DNA of 64,000 nucleotides from Dehalococcoidia bacterium (GTDB taxonomy: Bacteria > Chloroflexota > Dehalococcoidia > CAUJGQ01), in contig DATGEL010000003.1 in the NCBI GenBank assembly GCA_035310145.1, forward strand, positions 4,779 to 68,778, written 5' to 3'. The notes under the pieces were generated by a model, which made no database searches, was not told the DNA's origin, and saw only the letters and a program-made list of their open reading frames with translations. Made by a program: the position numbers and the translations under genes. This document shows positions 1-11,588 of the stretch, piece by piece (the first letter of the stretch is position 1; every line of letters starts with the position of its first letter).

Positions 1-561
1 GAGCGGCGCCTGGCCCGGATCGCGTCCCGTCTGCAATTGCAGCAGCAGCCGTGCCGTCGTGCGCTCGATATCCACGCCCGGTGCGTCGGAGCGGAAGATG
101 CTCCACACCTCGCGTCGCTCCGGCACGGCGTAGCTGCCGGCGGTCAGCGCCTTGCCGGGTTGCGCCGGATCGTTGAGCACTTCGCCGAGATAGATCGAGA
201 TCGGGCCGGGGGGCGGCTGCAGGCCCAGCAGCTCGCCCAGTGCACTGATTAGCGTCTCCAGCCGCTGGCCGACAGAGGCCGACTGTTGATCGGCGAAGGA
301 ACCGGTCTGCACGAAGATGCGCAGGTGCGGCGTCGTCTCGACACGGCGCTCGACCGGGCGGCCGATCGAGCCGTCGAGGCGCGAGGCGTCGAGCCGGCGG
401 CCAACCTGGCGGCCACACTGGTTGCAGAACTGCGCGTCGGGCGCGAGCATCGCCTGGCAGCCAGGGCAGGCGAGCGGCGTGGCACAGGCGGAGCAGAAGA
501 ACGACCCCGCCGCGTTGGTGCGCCCGCACGCAGGGCAGGTGATACCGGGCGGCGCCGTCAT
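1..561 (-). CDS. Partial CDS (C-terminus lies beyond the window start). The N-terminus carries a double zinc-ribbon (CPxCG...CSAC...CPGC...CNQCG); function unknown.
   Basis: Reverse-strand translation from ATG at 561 gives MTAPPGITCPACGRTNAAGSFFCSACATPLACPGCQAMLAPDAQFCNQCGRQV..., with four CxxC pairs. The ORF stays open to position 1 and is absent from the ORF track because it has no in-window stop. Confidence 0.45.
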   Translation of the reverse strand, partial: MTAPPGITCPACGRTNAAGSFFCSACATPLACPGCQAMLAPDAQFCNQCGRQVGRRLDASRLDGSIGRPVERRVETTPHLRIFVQTGSFADQQSASVGQRLETLISALGELLGLQPPPGPISIYLGEVLNDPAQPGKALTAGSYAVPERREVWSIFRSDAPGVDIERTTARLLLQLQTGRDPGQAPL

Positions 562-847
562 CTGAGCAGACCCCTTCGCACCGGCCGCGCTCCGGCTCTG
601 GCGAAAGTATCAGAGATCGGCTTCCCGCGTGGCAAGCAAGCACCCGCCGGCAGTTCCGCGCGCGTGCAAGCTCGCAACAGGGGTTTGGCGGAGCGCGGGC
701 CGCTGTTCGTCAGCAGGCGGTTGGCGCACAGCAGCAGACGGCGGTTCCGCCCGCCGGCTGAGCGCGGTTTGCCGGGAAATCCTGCACCAACGCAGCGAAT
801 TGTTGCATCGCCTCGTGCTCGCCCGATTGCCCAAGGTGGTGCAGGGC

Positions 848-1960
848 CTACAAGCCGCCTCTCTCTCCCCTCTTGCCCGCTCCCTCGTGCAGCTCATGCA
901 GCACGGCGCGAGTGAACTCGCGCGTGCCGACGACGCGCGTCTCCATGCCGTGCGGCAGGTCCGCGGTGCGCACCTCGCCGTCGCGCAGCACGCTGCGCAC
1001 CGACTCGTCCACGCGGTTAGCGGCGGCGTCTTCGCCCAGGTGGCGCAGCATCAGTACACCGGAGAGGATCGCGGCCGTGGGGTTGGCAAGGTCCTTGCCG
1101 GCGATGTTCGGGGCGCTGCCGTGCACGGGCTCGAACATCGCGGCCTCCGCCCCGATGTTGGCGCCGGGCGCGATGCCCAGGCCGCCCGAGAGCCCGGCGC
1201 AGAGATCGGAGACGATGTCCCCGTAAAGGTTGGGCAGCACCAGCACGTCGAACATCTCAGGGTGCTGCACGAGCTGGGCGCAAAGATTGTCCACGATCAT
1301 GTCGTCGAAGAGGATATCGGGGTACCGGGCCGCCACCTCGCGCGCGACGGCGAGAAAGAGCCCGTCCGAGCTCTTCATGATGTTCGCTTTGTGCACCGCC
1401 GTGACTTTGCGCCGGCCGTTGCCGCGCGCGTACTCGAAGGCGTAGCGCACCACGCGCTCGGTGCCGAAACGTGAGATCAGCTTGATCGAGACGCCCACGT
1501 CCTCGCGCACGTCCGCGTAGCCGTGCGTGTTGATCCAGCGGATCAACTCGTCGGTGCGCGTGTCCTGGTAGCCGAACTCGATGCCGGCGTAGACATCTTC
1601 GGTGTTCTCGCGCACGACGACGATATCGACGTGGCCGAAGCGCGCGCCCGTGCCGGGGTAGCTGCGGGCCGGCCGCACGGCGGCATAGAGGTCCAACGCC
1701 TTGCGCAGGGCCACGTTCACACTGCGGAAGCCCGTGCCCACGGGCGTTGTCACCGGCCCTTTGAAGGCGACTCTTGTCACGCGGATGGCGTCGATCACGC
1801 GTTCGGGCAGCGGCGTGCCTTCCACTGCCATCACCTCAGCGCCGGCACGCTCTTCGCGCCAGTTGAAGCGCACGCCGCTGGCCTCCAGCACCTCGCAGGC
1901 GCAGCTCATCACCTCGGGGCCGATGCCGTCGCCGGGGATCAGGGTCACGTCGTGGGCCAT
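848..1960 (-). CDS. Isocitrate dehydrogenase of the isocitrate/isopropylmalate dehydrogenase family, short NAD-IDH-like type (371 aa).
   Basis: MAHDVTLIPGDGIGPEV N-terminus, FKGPVTTPVGTGFRSVNVALRKALDLYA and NLYGDIVSDL motifs. The start at 1960 was chosen over the long upstream arginine-rich extension of the ORF. Confidence 0.85.
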   Translation of the reverse strand: MAHDVTLIPGDGIGPEVMSCACEVLEASGVRFNWREERAGAEVMAVEGTPLPERVIDAIRVTRVAFKGPVTTPVGTGFRSVNVALRKALDLYAAVRPARSYPGTGARFGHVDIVVVRENTEDVYAGIEFGYQDTRTDELIRWINTHGYADVREDVGVSIKLISRFGTERVVRYAFEYARGNGRRKVTAVHKANIMKSSDGLFLAVAREVAARYPDILFDDMIVDNLCAQLVQHPEMFDVLVLPNLYGDIVSDLCAGLSGGLGIAPGANIGAEAAMFEPVHGSAPNIAGKDLANPTAAILSGVLMLRHLGEDAAANRVDESVRSVLRDGEVRTADLPHGMETRVVGTREFTRAVLHELHEGAGKRGERGGL

Positions 1961-1983
1961 CGTAGCGGGTGCTCCACTGTGGA

Positions 1984-2934
1984 TCAGGCTGAGGCCGGGC
2001 GTGGGGCGAACGGTTCGCGGCCGGCCTTCACGCGCTCGGTCAGATCGACGGCCAGCGGCTCGTTTGCGGCGATGATCGCGCCCTGCCACTTCCGCAGCGG
2101 CCGCCCGAGCGGCGCTTCGAAGGCGCGCAGCGGCTGCCAGGGGCGCTCGCGCTCCTGGCGCTGCATCACGCAGCCGCCCGCTTCGAGGATGAGCGAGACC
2201 CCAGCCGCCACGTCCCAGATGCGCGGAATCCAGAACGCGGAGAACTGCAGCGCCCCGCAGGCGGTGAGCGCCAGCTCCAACGCGATGCTGCCCAGGGTGC
2301 GGACCTCGGGCCGGCCGCGCGCCTCGCGCCGCCGCTCGATCTCGCCTTGGTAGACCTCCGGCAGGCAGGCGAGTCGCGACGAGCGTAGCTCGGCCGCGGC
2401 GTCGACGGCGATCGGGCGGCCATTGAGCCGGGCGCCGCCGCCCTTGCGCGCCGAGAAGAGCGCCGGCTCGCCGGCCACGCCCAGCGGCGCAAAAATGGCT
2501 CCGGCCACGGGCACGCCATACCAGAGCACGCCGATCGAGACGGACCACATCGCCTGCCCGTTCAGGTAGTTCGAGGTGCCGTCCAGCGGGTCGATCACCC
2601 AGACGATCGGCGCGCCGTCCGGTCCGGGGTCGCGTCCCTCCTCACCGATCATGCTGTGGTCGGGGAAATGGTGCGTCACCTGGCGGAAGAGGAACTCCTC
2701 GGCCTCGCGATCCGCTTCGGAGACGGGGTTGCTGCGGCTGCCGCCCTTGTACTCCACATGCAGCGCCTCGCGGGCGCGCGCGCTCAGGCGCTCGCCGGCC
2801 GCGATCGCCCATTTGCCCGCGCACGCCTCGATCTCGCGGAACAGCGAGCTGTCCGCCGGCTCGGGGCCGCACACGACTCCGTCTGGGCTGGTCTCCTGCG
2901 CCATCGTCCTCATCATGCCACAGTCGGCAGTCAT
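1984..2934 (-). CDS. Inositol monophosphatase family protein (IMPase/SuhB-like).
   Basis: WVIDPLDGTSNY metal-binding motif and EADREAEEF. It lies immediately upstream of, and co-directional with, the IDH gene. The exact start is uncertain (MRTMAQE or MAQETS). Confidence 0.8.
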   Translation of the reverse strand: MTADCGMMRTMAQETSPDGVVCGPEPADSSLFREIEACAGKWAIAAGERLSARAREALHVEYKGGSRSNPVSEADREAEEFLFRQVTHHFPDHSMIGEEGRDPGPDGAPIVWVIDPLDGTSNYLNGQAMWSVSIGVLWYGVPVAGAIFAPLGVAGEPALFSARKGGGARLNGRPIAVDAAAELRSSRLACLPEVYQGEIERRREARGRPEVRTLGSIALELALTACGALQFSAFWIPRIWDVAAGVSLILEAGGCVMQRQERERPWQPLRAFEAPLGRPLRKWQGAIIAANEPLAVDLTERVKAGREPFAPRPASA

Positions 2935-3064
2935 CGCGCGGAGTGGCGCGCTCCCTTGCCTTCGCCTCGCCGGCTGAACACGCCGCGACTCTCACCCCTG
3001 CTGGACCTCACCGCTTCGGTCGATTAATGACGGGGGTCCGAAGAGGTGGCCGCCGGAGTAGCTG

Positions 3065-3943
3065 GTGATGACCGACTGCACAAGCGACACGGCCGGACCG
3101 CGAACGGAGGCGGTCGAGGCGATCAACACGCTGATGGACGCCGGCCTGCGACCGCGCGACTGGGACAGCCTCAGTGTCAGCCGGCTGGAGAGCACGGCCG
3201 ATGGCTGCCCAGCTTCGGCCGAAGCGAACCTGCTGCTCTATTACCGCTTTAGCGACGCCGGCCAGCCCGCGCTGGCCGCTGCGCATCTCAATCGGCTGCT
3301 GGACGTGGGCCACCGGCTCGCGCCGTCGCTGCAGGCCGAGCTGGCCTTGACCGCCGCCTATTTCGCCGCGCGCCATGTCGGCGACGCGGGTGCGGCACGG
3401 GACTGGCTCGAACGGGCGCCGGCCGACGGCGCGCATCCGGCGCTGCGCGCCCAGGCCGAGGCAGCAGTGCTGCTGGCGGAAGGCCGCTGCTCTGCTGCCC
3501 AGGACGCGGCGGAATCGGGGCTGCTCAGCCTGCGCGACGGCCTGCTCGGCGGTCTGAGCGCCGTACAGGGCGATGCCCTGCGTGAGCTGGTCAACGCTGC
3601 AGTAGCGGCGAAGCCCGCGCCACCACCTGCGCCCCTCGCCCCGACGTCGTCGACGCCGCCGGCGCCGTCGCATCAACCGACGGCTGCTGAACCACCCAAC
3701 CGCGGCGGCGGCGGCGCGACGGTGCCGGCCGATGCCGGTGCCACCGGGCCGACGATCGGCCTCGGCGTCACGATCGCGATCGTGGCCGCGGTGACCCTGG
3801 TGGTTGCGGTGATGCCGCTGCCGCGCTGCGGGTCAGCGCGCCTGACCGGGCGGCAAGTCGATCCGGCGTTCACCCAATCCGACGGGTCCGGCCAAATCGT
3901 GATCGTCGGTCCCGACGGTCAGACGGTGCAGATCGACCGCTGA
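3065..3943 (+). CDS. Hypothetical protein with a Pro-rich linker and a C-terminal transmembrane anchor.
   Basis: Protein-like composition, whereas the overlapping minus-strand ORFs are poly-Arg junk. It has a C-terminal hydrophobic helix GLGVTIAIVAAVTLVVAV, and GGAG lies 12 nt upstream of the ATG. Confidence 0.4.
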   Translation: MMTDCTSDTAGPRTEAVEAINTLMDAGLRPRDWDSLSVSRLESTADGCPASAEANLLLYYRFSDAGQPALAAAHLNRLLDVGHRLAPSLQAELALTAAYFAARHVGDAGAARDWLERAPADGAHPALRAQAEAAVLLAEGRCSAAQDAAESGLLSLRDGLLGGLSAVQGDALRELVNAAVAAKPAPPPAPLAPTSSTPPAPSHQPTAAEPPNRGGGGATVPADAGATGPTIGLGVTIAIVAAVTLVVAVMPLPRCGSARLTGRQVDPAFTQSDGSGQIVIVGPDGQTVQIDR

Positions 3944-3959
3944 ACCAGCCGCAGCGATA

Positions 3960-5258
3960 TCACGGGATGGGTAACTGCCTGAGCCGTTCGATGCCGGCCG
4001 CTGCCCTGCCGGCGATGGCCGCCGCGCCGGCCCGCGCCTGGTCCATTCCCGCTGCCGCGTGATCTCGGGCGCCTTGGGCTGCGGCGTGGGCAGCGGCCCG
4101 GACGATGGCCGCGCCGATCCGCGCGAAGCCGGCGGCGCCGCGCGTGCTCCCAGACGGCTCCGCGGCTGCATCAAGGCCGCTGCTCAGGACGAAGTTTTGG
4201 ATCGCGCTCTGGCCGGGCCGTAGCGTAACGCTGGCAGCAGCCACGCGATCGCCTTCATCGCCCGCTGCGAAATGCAGCGCCATGCCTGCCGGCACATCGT
4301 CGACGCGGTAGGCGCCGTCCACGTCCGTCACCACGCTGCCGCCGCCGTACCAGACGCGCACGCCCGTGGCCGGACTGCCAGCCTCGTTGCGCACCACACC
4401 GACCAGACTGCCGGCCGCGGTCTCTGGCGCGATCGTGACGGCGGCCAGGGCGTCGCCGAGCAGTGCGTAGCCGCGATCGTTGGGGTGGATATTGATGATG
4501 CACTTGCATGACATCCACGTGGTTTGCTGCTCGACGCCCGCGAATGCCGCGTACGGCTCGGCCACACGCAGGCCATGCTCGGCGGCGATGTCCAGAATCG
4601 TCTGGTTGAGCCGGCCCATGGCCCACAGGTCAGAGTCGGCATCGCCGAAAGGCTCGTAGTAGGCGAGCAACACCAGGTCGGCGGTCGAGTCCGCCGCCCG
4701 CAATTCGCTCTCCAGCTTGGAGACGATCGTTTCGAGGTTGGTTCGAAGCGTCGCCAGCGCCGCCAGCTTCGCCGCGGTCGAATGGCCGGAGCCATGCACG
4801 TTCAGCGCGTCGTTTCCGCCGATGTCCAGGGTGACCGGGCCGATGCCGGCGCCGTGGTTGCGGATCTCCGCCACGGCGCGGGCCAGTTGCGAGCGGCTGT
4901 CCGGGTTGCTGAAATAGTCGCCGATGAAGGAGTTGGTCGTCTCGCCGCTGACGCCGAGATCGCGCACGCTCACGGCATGGCCCGCGAAACCTTCGAGCCG
5001 GCGGGCGAAGTCGGCGACATAGCCGGAGCGGCCGGCGCAGCCGACCGGGCAGCGCGACGAGCCAACGCCGGTGGCCAGAGAATCGCCCAGGGCAAGATAC
5101 TCGTTGCCGGTCGCGAATACGCGGGCGTCGGAAGGCGTGTAGCCGCGGACTGGCGCGACCACAAACAGCGACGTGAAGACGGCGACGACGCCAAGCGTTG
5201 AAGGCAGCGCCCAACGGCGCAGCGGTGGCCGTTGCGCCCCCGCGGTGTCTGCGGTCAT
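3960..5258 (-). CDS. Secreted SGNH/GDSL hydrolase with a C-terminal carboxypeptidase-regulatory-like (CarboxypepD_reg) beta-sandwich domain.
   Basis: N-terminal signal/TM segment; GDSL block ALGDSLATG; GGNDA block; HPNDRGY (the DxxH block); C-terminal RVWYGGGSVVTDVDGAYRVDDVPAG. Confidence 0.75.
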   Translation of the reverse strand: MTADTAGAQRPPLRRWALPSTLGVVAVFTSLFVVAPVRGYTPSDARVFATGNEYLALGDSLATGVGSSRCPVGCAGRSGYVADFARRLEGFAGHAVSVRDLGVSGETTNSFIGDYFSNPDSRSQLARAVAEIRNHGAGIGPVTLDIGGNDALNVHGSGHSTAAKLAALATLRTNLETIVSKLESELRAADSTADLVLLAYYEPFGDADSDLWAMGRLNQTILDIAAEHGLRVAEPYAAFAGVEQQTTWMSCKCIINIHPNDRGYALLGDALAAVTIAPETAAGSLVGVVRNEAGSPATGVRVWYGGGSVVTDVDGAYRVDDVPAGMALHFAAGDEGDRVAAASVTLRPGQSAIQNFVLSSGLDAAAEPSGSTRGAAGFARIGAAIVRAAAHAAAQGARDHAAAGMDQARAGAAAIAGRAAAGIERLRQLPIP

Positions 5259-5375
5259 CGTGGCCCGACTCCGAGGCGTGGGACTGAACGAGCGGCTGCC
5301 CGCTCGGGCACCCAGTGTAGCGGGAAGGGGGCTACCGCACGAAGCCGGCGCCCGGCGCGGCGGGCATGCGCCGCA

Positions 5376-5732
5376 TCAGCCGAGCAACATGTACGCGCCC
5401 GCCGCAGCCCAGGAGGCGACGCTGATCAGCGTGCCCCACAGCCCGAGCGTGGTCCAGCGCAGGCCGTGCCAGCGGTCGTCCGGCGGATCCCACGGCTCGA
5501 GGGCGCTGAGCAGCGCAAAGAGGCCCGGCACCAGCAGGACGATGTCCAGAGCCACCAGCACCGGGCCGCCGCCCGGCCCTTCGCCGTTGAGGAAGACGCT
5601 GGCGACCAGGCCCACGCCGAGGATGACGCCGAACAGGCACTGCACCGAGCCGACGAACAGGAAGACCGCGCGTGCCGCCACGCGCAGCCAGCGCACCCAG
5701 CGAAGTCGATACTGCCGTGCCGCCGAGTTCAC
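5376..5732 (-). CDS. Small hypothetical membrane protein (about 118 aa, 3 predicted TM helices) upstream of and co-directional with the SGNH hydrolase.
   Basis: GTG start at 5732 with GGAGG 6 nt upstream. Hydrophobic helices (AVFLFVGSVQCLFGVILGVGLVASVFL, VLVALDIVLLVPGLFALLSAL, LGLWGTLISVASWAAAGAYMLLG). The upstream part of the 347-aa ORF is Arg-rich and was rejected. Confidence 0.4.
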   Translation of the reverse strand: MNSAARQYRLRWVRWLRVAARAVFLFVGSVQCLFGVILGVGLVASVFLNGEGPGGGPVLVALDIVLLVPGLFALLSALEPWDPPDDRWHGLRWTTLGLWGTLISVASWAAAGAYMLLG

Positions 5733-5843
5733 GCGGCCCTCCGTTCGCCCGCGACCCGGCTTCGCCGCGACGGCGGACGATACTATTCTAGCGTCAGTCG
5801 CGATCCGGTTGCTGAAGATCGCGCGGGACGGATTGTACGCAGG

Positions 5844-6578
5844 ATGCCGCCGAGCGCTATCCTCTTCGACTTCTACGGCACGCTGGCCTCCGGCCAAAAC
5901 CTCGGCAACGTGCGTGAGTTGGAACTGTTCGCCCAGTTCGGCTACCGGGTCGACGCCGAGCAACTCCGCCGCAGCCGCGCGGCAGTGCAGGCGCGGCTCG
6001 ACGGGCCGGAGCCGATCGACCACCGCGAGTTCAGCGTGAGCCGTGAGCGGTACAACGAGTTTCAGCGCCGCCATTATGCCGTCGGGCTGCGCGAATGCGG
6101 CGTCGATCCGGACCATCCGGGACTGTTCGAGCGGCTTTGCGAACTGTGGGACGACCCGTCGCCGATCTACCTCTTCGACGACGCCCTGCCCGTGCTGGCC
6201 GAGCTGCGCGGTGCCGGCTACCGCCTCGGCCTCGTCTCGAACTGGTCGTGGGGACTGGAGACGATCCTGCAGCGTACCGGCCTGGCGCCGCTGCTGGAGT
6301 GCGCCGTGGTTTCGGCCCGCGCCGGCTACCGCAAGCCGCATCCGGCGATCTACCGCCTCGCGCTCGACGCGCTCGGGCTGGAGGCCGACGAAGTCCTGTT
6401 CGTGGGCGACAACCCGCACGCCGATGTCGACGGCCCGCTTGCGGTGGGTATGGCGCCGGTGCAGATCGACCGCGTGGGCGAAGCGCTTCGCCGGCCCGGA
6501 ATCCCATGCATCTCTGAGCTTGCCGGACTGTTCAAGCTGCTGCCCGAGGGCCGCGCCGCGTCACGGCATTTTCCGTAG
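5844..6578 (+). CDS. HAD-superfamily hydrolase, L-2-haloacid-dehalogenase-like (motif I is DxYGTL).
   Basis: Motif I ILFDFYGTL, motif II GLVSNWS, motif IV VGDNPHADVDG. The start was moved to the ATG at 5844; the 5' 600 nt of the ORF is Arg-rich antisense junk. Confidence 0.75.
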   Translation: MPPSAILFDFYGTLASGQNLGNVRELELFAQFGYRVDAEQLRRSRAAVQARLDGPEPIDHREFSVSRERYNEFQRRHYAVGLRECGVDPDHPGLFERLCELWDDPSPIYLFDDALPVLAELRGAGYRLGLVSNWSWGLETILQRTGLAPLLECAVVSARAGYRKPHPAIYRLALDALGLEADEVLFVGDNPHADVDGPLAVGMAPVQIDRVGEALRRPGIPCISELAGLFKLLPEGRAASRHFP

Positions 6579-6606
6579 CGGCTGCACCGCAACTTCAGTT
6601 CGATGA

Positions 6607-6645
6607 CCCCTCGCCTTCCCTCCTGGAGTGGGAGGAGGCGAGGGG
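6607..6645. repeat. GC-rich palindromic hairpin repeat (family member, reverse orientation). Possible bidirectional terminator between convergent genes.
   Basis: cccctcgccttccctcc / tggagtg / ggaggaggcgagggg, an imperfect inverted repeat of about 16 bp, flanked by gcgatc. Confidence 0.5.
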
Positions 6646-6784
6646 CGATCGCTGGCTGGATGTTCCGGGGCCGCGGCCGGTTAGCAGGCAAGGGCAGGAG
6701 CAGGTGGCGCCCCCTTCGCGCCGCGATGCGCGAGCAGCGGCGCTCGACCACCTCGACGTCGCCCGAAGCGCTTCAAACAGGATC

Positions 6785-6812
6785 GCCCCTCTCCCAATCC
6801 TGGGAGAGGGGC
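6785..6812. repeat. GC-rich palindromic hairpin repeat (family member).
   Basis: gcccctctccca / atcc / tgggagaggggc, a perfect 12-bp stem, preceded by gatcgc. Confidence 0.55.
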
Positions 6813-6860
6813 AAGTGACGACGGACAAGTGACATGAAATGCGGGCCGAACGGCGCCGGG

Positions 6861-7370
6861 TTACACGCCCACCGGCACCTTCGTGGGGCGGGTGATCGGC
6901 GTGGCGCGGGTCTGCACCGAGTCGTCGAGGTCGCGCTCGTCCAACGCGCGCACCCAGCAGGCGAACTCCAGCAGGATGCCGTCCGGGTCGCGGAAGTAAA
7001 TCGACTTGCAGAACTCGTGATCAAGCGCCCACATCGACTCGACGCCGGCCTCTTCCAGCCGATCCCAGGCGGCCCAGAGCTCGTCTTCGTTCTCGACGGT
7101 GAAGGCCACGTGGTGCATTGAGGCGTGCGCGCTGTGGAACTGCGTGTAGCCGGCGTTGCCGACGCCGGGCTGCGCCTCGGGCGCCTCGGGGAACCAGAAG
7201 AAGGCGAGCTGGTTGCCGCCGCCCATGTCGAAGAAGTAGTGCTTCGCGCCGCCGCGGATATTCAGCTTCGCGGTGAGCTTCATGCCCATCACGTCGGTGT
7301 AGAACCGCACCGTGCGGTCCATATCGCTGCAAACCAGCGCGAGGTGGTGAACGCCCTGTGCCCGGATCAT
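6861..7370 (-). CDS. VOC family protein (glyoxalase / bleomycin resistance / extradiol dioxygenase fold).
   Basis: MIRAQGVHHLALVCSDMDRTVRFYTDVMGM...HVAFTV pattern, with an AAGGAG RBS. Confidence 0.8.
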   Translation of the reverse strand: MIRAQGVHHLALVCSDMDRTVRFYTDVMGMKLTAKLNIRGGAKHYFFDMGGGNQLAFFWFPEAPEAQPGVGNAGYTQFHSAHASMHHVAFTVENEDELWAAWDRLEEAGVESMWALDHEFCKSIYFRDPDGILLEFACWVRALDERDLDDSVQTRATPITRPTKVPVGV

Positions 7371-7520
7371 GCTCGTCTCCTTTCGGGGTGCCGGCTACGA
7401 ACTGCTTCTTACAGTAGCACCGATATGCCCAGCTTTCCACAGACCCGCGCGAAGATCGCGATTCCGCTGGGCCGGATCGCTTGCACATCTCAGGCGTCCG
7501 CCGAGCGACGGAAGGTATTC

Positions 7521-8798
7521 TCAGGCGGGGAAGCGCTGCTTCAGCCATGCCGCGAGGATGCCCGCGAACTCCGCGCGCGGGTTTGTGCCCGGTGCGTCCG
7601 GCAGCGGGCGCAGGTAGTGGTCGGCGCCGCTGAGGTCGTGGCGCACCTTGTCCGGCGCCGCGATCGCGTTCCACATCGAATCGGCGTTGGCGGGCAGGAT
7701 ATCGCTGTCGCCATCGGCCGCTGTGAACAGTGTCGGCACGGTGATGCTGCGCGCGTTCTCGACGAAGTTCGCCCGCGACGACGTGCCGCTCCAGGTCGAA
7801 AGCCAGGCGCGGGGCGAGAGCACGCGCGAGATGTTGCTGGAGAAGTAGTTGCCGAACTCCGGCCGCGCCGTCGGGCCGCCGAAGATCGTGCCGATCGGCC
7901 GGCGATTCGGGTCGATGCTCAGGTCGAGATAGGCCGGATTCGCCACGGTGCGGTAGATCAGCATCAGCCGGTGCGGAATCGCGCGGCGGCGGGCGCGAAT
8001 CAGCGCGTACGGCGCCATGCCGCTGCCGGCCGCCGCGCCCGCTCCCTCCCGTTCCTCGGCCAGGTGGGCGCGGGCGATCGCATCGAGCCGCAGGTGGCGC
8101 GCCCGCTGCGCCTCTCGGTAGCTTGCCAGCCAACCGCGGGCGTACGTCGCCGTGCCCGTTCCCGGGTCGTAGCCGTTCTCCGGGTTGAACATGTCGAGCG
8201 CGGGGTCGCAGGAGAGCGGGTCGGCCTCGTCCGTGACCGAGGGGTCGATGCTTTGCAGCATGAACAGCCCCTCGCCCGAGTGCGCGGCCAGCGCCACGAA
8301 GCCGTCGCCTGCAGGCAGGTCGCCGGTCAGGTCCACGTGGCTGCCGCCGGGCGTGTCCTGCTCGCGTTCCGCCGGCGGCAGCACCGCCTGCGCCTGGTAG
8401 AAGGCATAGAGCGAGGCACCGCCGCTGTTGCCGAGCAGCACGATGTTCTGAAAGCCGCGGGCGCGCAGGTGACGTAACCCAGCGGCGATGTCCAGCACCA
8501 GCCGCTCATGAATCGCTTCGGTGTCGTTGTTGAGGTAGCGGCTGTTGTGCCCCCAGGCCGCGTAGCCGGCCGCCACCAGGTAGGGCACGGCGTAGTGGCG
8601 GGCGAAGTCGCCGCGGGGGTGCATCAGGCAGCACACGGTGCGCGGCAGCCGGCCGGCGGGATAGTAGAGCACGCCGGCGCTCTCGGCGCTGTCGTCGGCG
8701 AAGAGCCGCTGCGGCTCGATCGCCGTGTTATCGGGGAGCGCATCGTAAAACGGCCCTCCGCGGAACTCGGCGGTGTGGGAAACCACCTGCTGTGTCAT
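7521..8798 (-). CDS. Alpha/beta-hydrolase fold protein.
   Basis: GNSGGA nucleophile elbow (GxSxG). The start was set at ATG 8798 (MTQQVVSH), downstream of an Arg-rich extension. Confidence 0.65.
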   Translation of the reverse strand: MTQQVVSHTAEFRGGPFYDALPDNTAIEPQRLFADDSAESAGVLYYPAGRLPRTVCCLMHPRGDFARHYAVPYLVAAGYAAWGHNSRYLNNDTEAIHERLVLDIAAGLRHLRARGFQNIVLLGNSGGASLYAFYQAQAVLPPAEREQDTPGGSHVDLTGDLPAGDGFVALAAHSGEGLFMLQSIDPSVTDEADPLSCDPALDMFNPENGYDPGTGTATYARGWLASYREAQRARHLRLDAIARAHLAEEREGAGAAAGSGMAPYALIRARRRAIPHRLMLIYRTVANPAYLDLSIDPNRRPIGTIFGGPTARPEFGNYFSSNISRVLSPRAWLSTWSGTSSRANFVENARSITVPTLFTAADGDSDILPANADSMWNAIAAPDKVRHDLSGADHYLRPLPDAPGTNPRAEFAGILAAWLKQRFPA

Positions 8799-8905
8799 CG
8801 CTGCAGACCTCACAAACCTCGCTGATCTTGGCCTTCGCCCGGCCAGTGTGGGCGATGGCCGGCGCGGAGTAAAGGGGCGTTTGACGGGAAGCCTCAGCGC
8901 TCGCA

Positions 8906-11155
<2,250 letters not shown>

Positions 11156-11173
11156 TCGGACCAAACGCCGACC

Positions 11174-11557
11174 TCAGTCCAGCTCCGCGATCGCCTCGAT
11201 CTCCACGAGGAAATCTGGCGTGGCGAGGCTGGAGATCACGACGAACGTGCTGGCCGGCCAGTCGGACTGCCAGTACTTGCTCCGCGCCTCCGCAATCGCC
11301 GGCCGGTAGGCGAGGCTTGTCGTGTAGGTATTCAGCTTGACGATGTTCTGCATCTTGCCGCCGGCGGCTTCCACGACGTTCTGCAAGTTGGCGAAGACCT
11401 GCGCCGCCTGCGCGGCGATGTCGCCCGGCCCGACCAGCTTGCCATCGCTGTCCTGCGCGACCTGCCCGCTGATGTAGAGCGTCTTGCCGGCGCGCGTGGC
11501 GTGTGAATAGCCGGTGGTGGGGTGCACGGCGCCCGGCTTCAGGATCTCGTGAGCCAT
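11174..11557 (-). CDS. RidA/YjgF/TdcF family reactive-intermediate deaminase.
   Basis: MAHEILKPGAVHPTTGYSHA...LYISGQ...NIVKLNTYT...ATPDFLVEIEAIA. Start at ATG 11557. Confidence 0.8.
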   Translation of the reverse strand: MAHEILKPGAVHPTTGYSHATRAGKTLYISGQVAQDSDGKLVGPGDIAAQAAQVFANLQNVVEAAGGKMQNIVKLNTYTTSLAYRPAIAEARSKYWQSDWPASTFVVISSLATPDFLVEIEAIAELD

Positions 11558-11588
11558 CGTCTCTCTCCCCGGCCGCTGGATATGAGGG

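Noticed and set aside
3008-3676. Minus-strand ORF beginning MMRRRRRRRRRRGEGRRWW.
   Set aside because: Poly-Arg artefact of the GC-rich antisense frame.
5232-5843. 5' 600 nt of the long ORF containing the HAD hydrolase.
   Set aside because: The translation is Arg/Pro/Ala-rich with no HAD features. The true start is the ATG at 5844, just before motif I.
7125-8477. 450-aa plus-strand ORF spanning the VOC and alpha/beta-hydrolase genes.
   Set aside because: Antisense to two genes with clear motifs on the minus strand. The composition is Arg/Ala-rich with no motifs.
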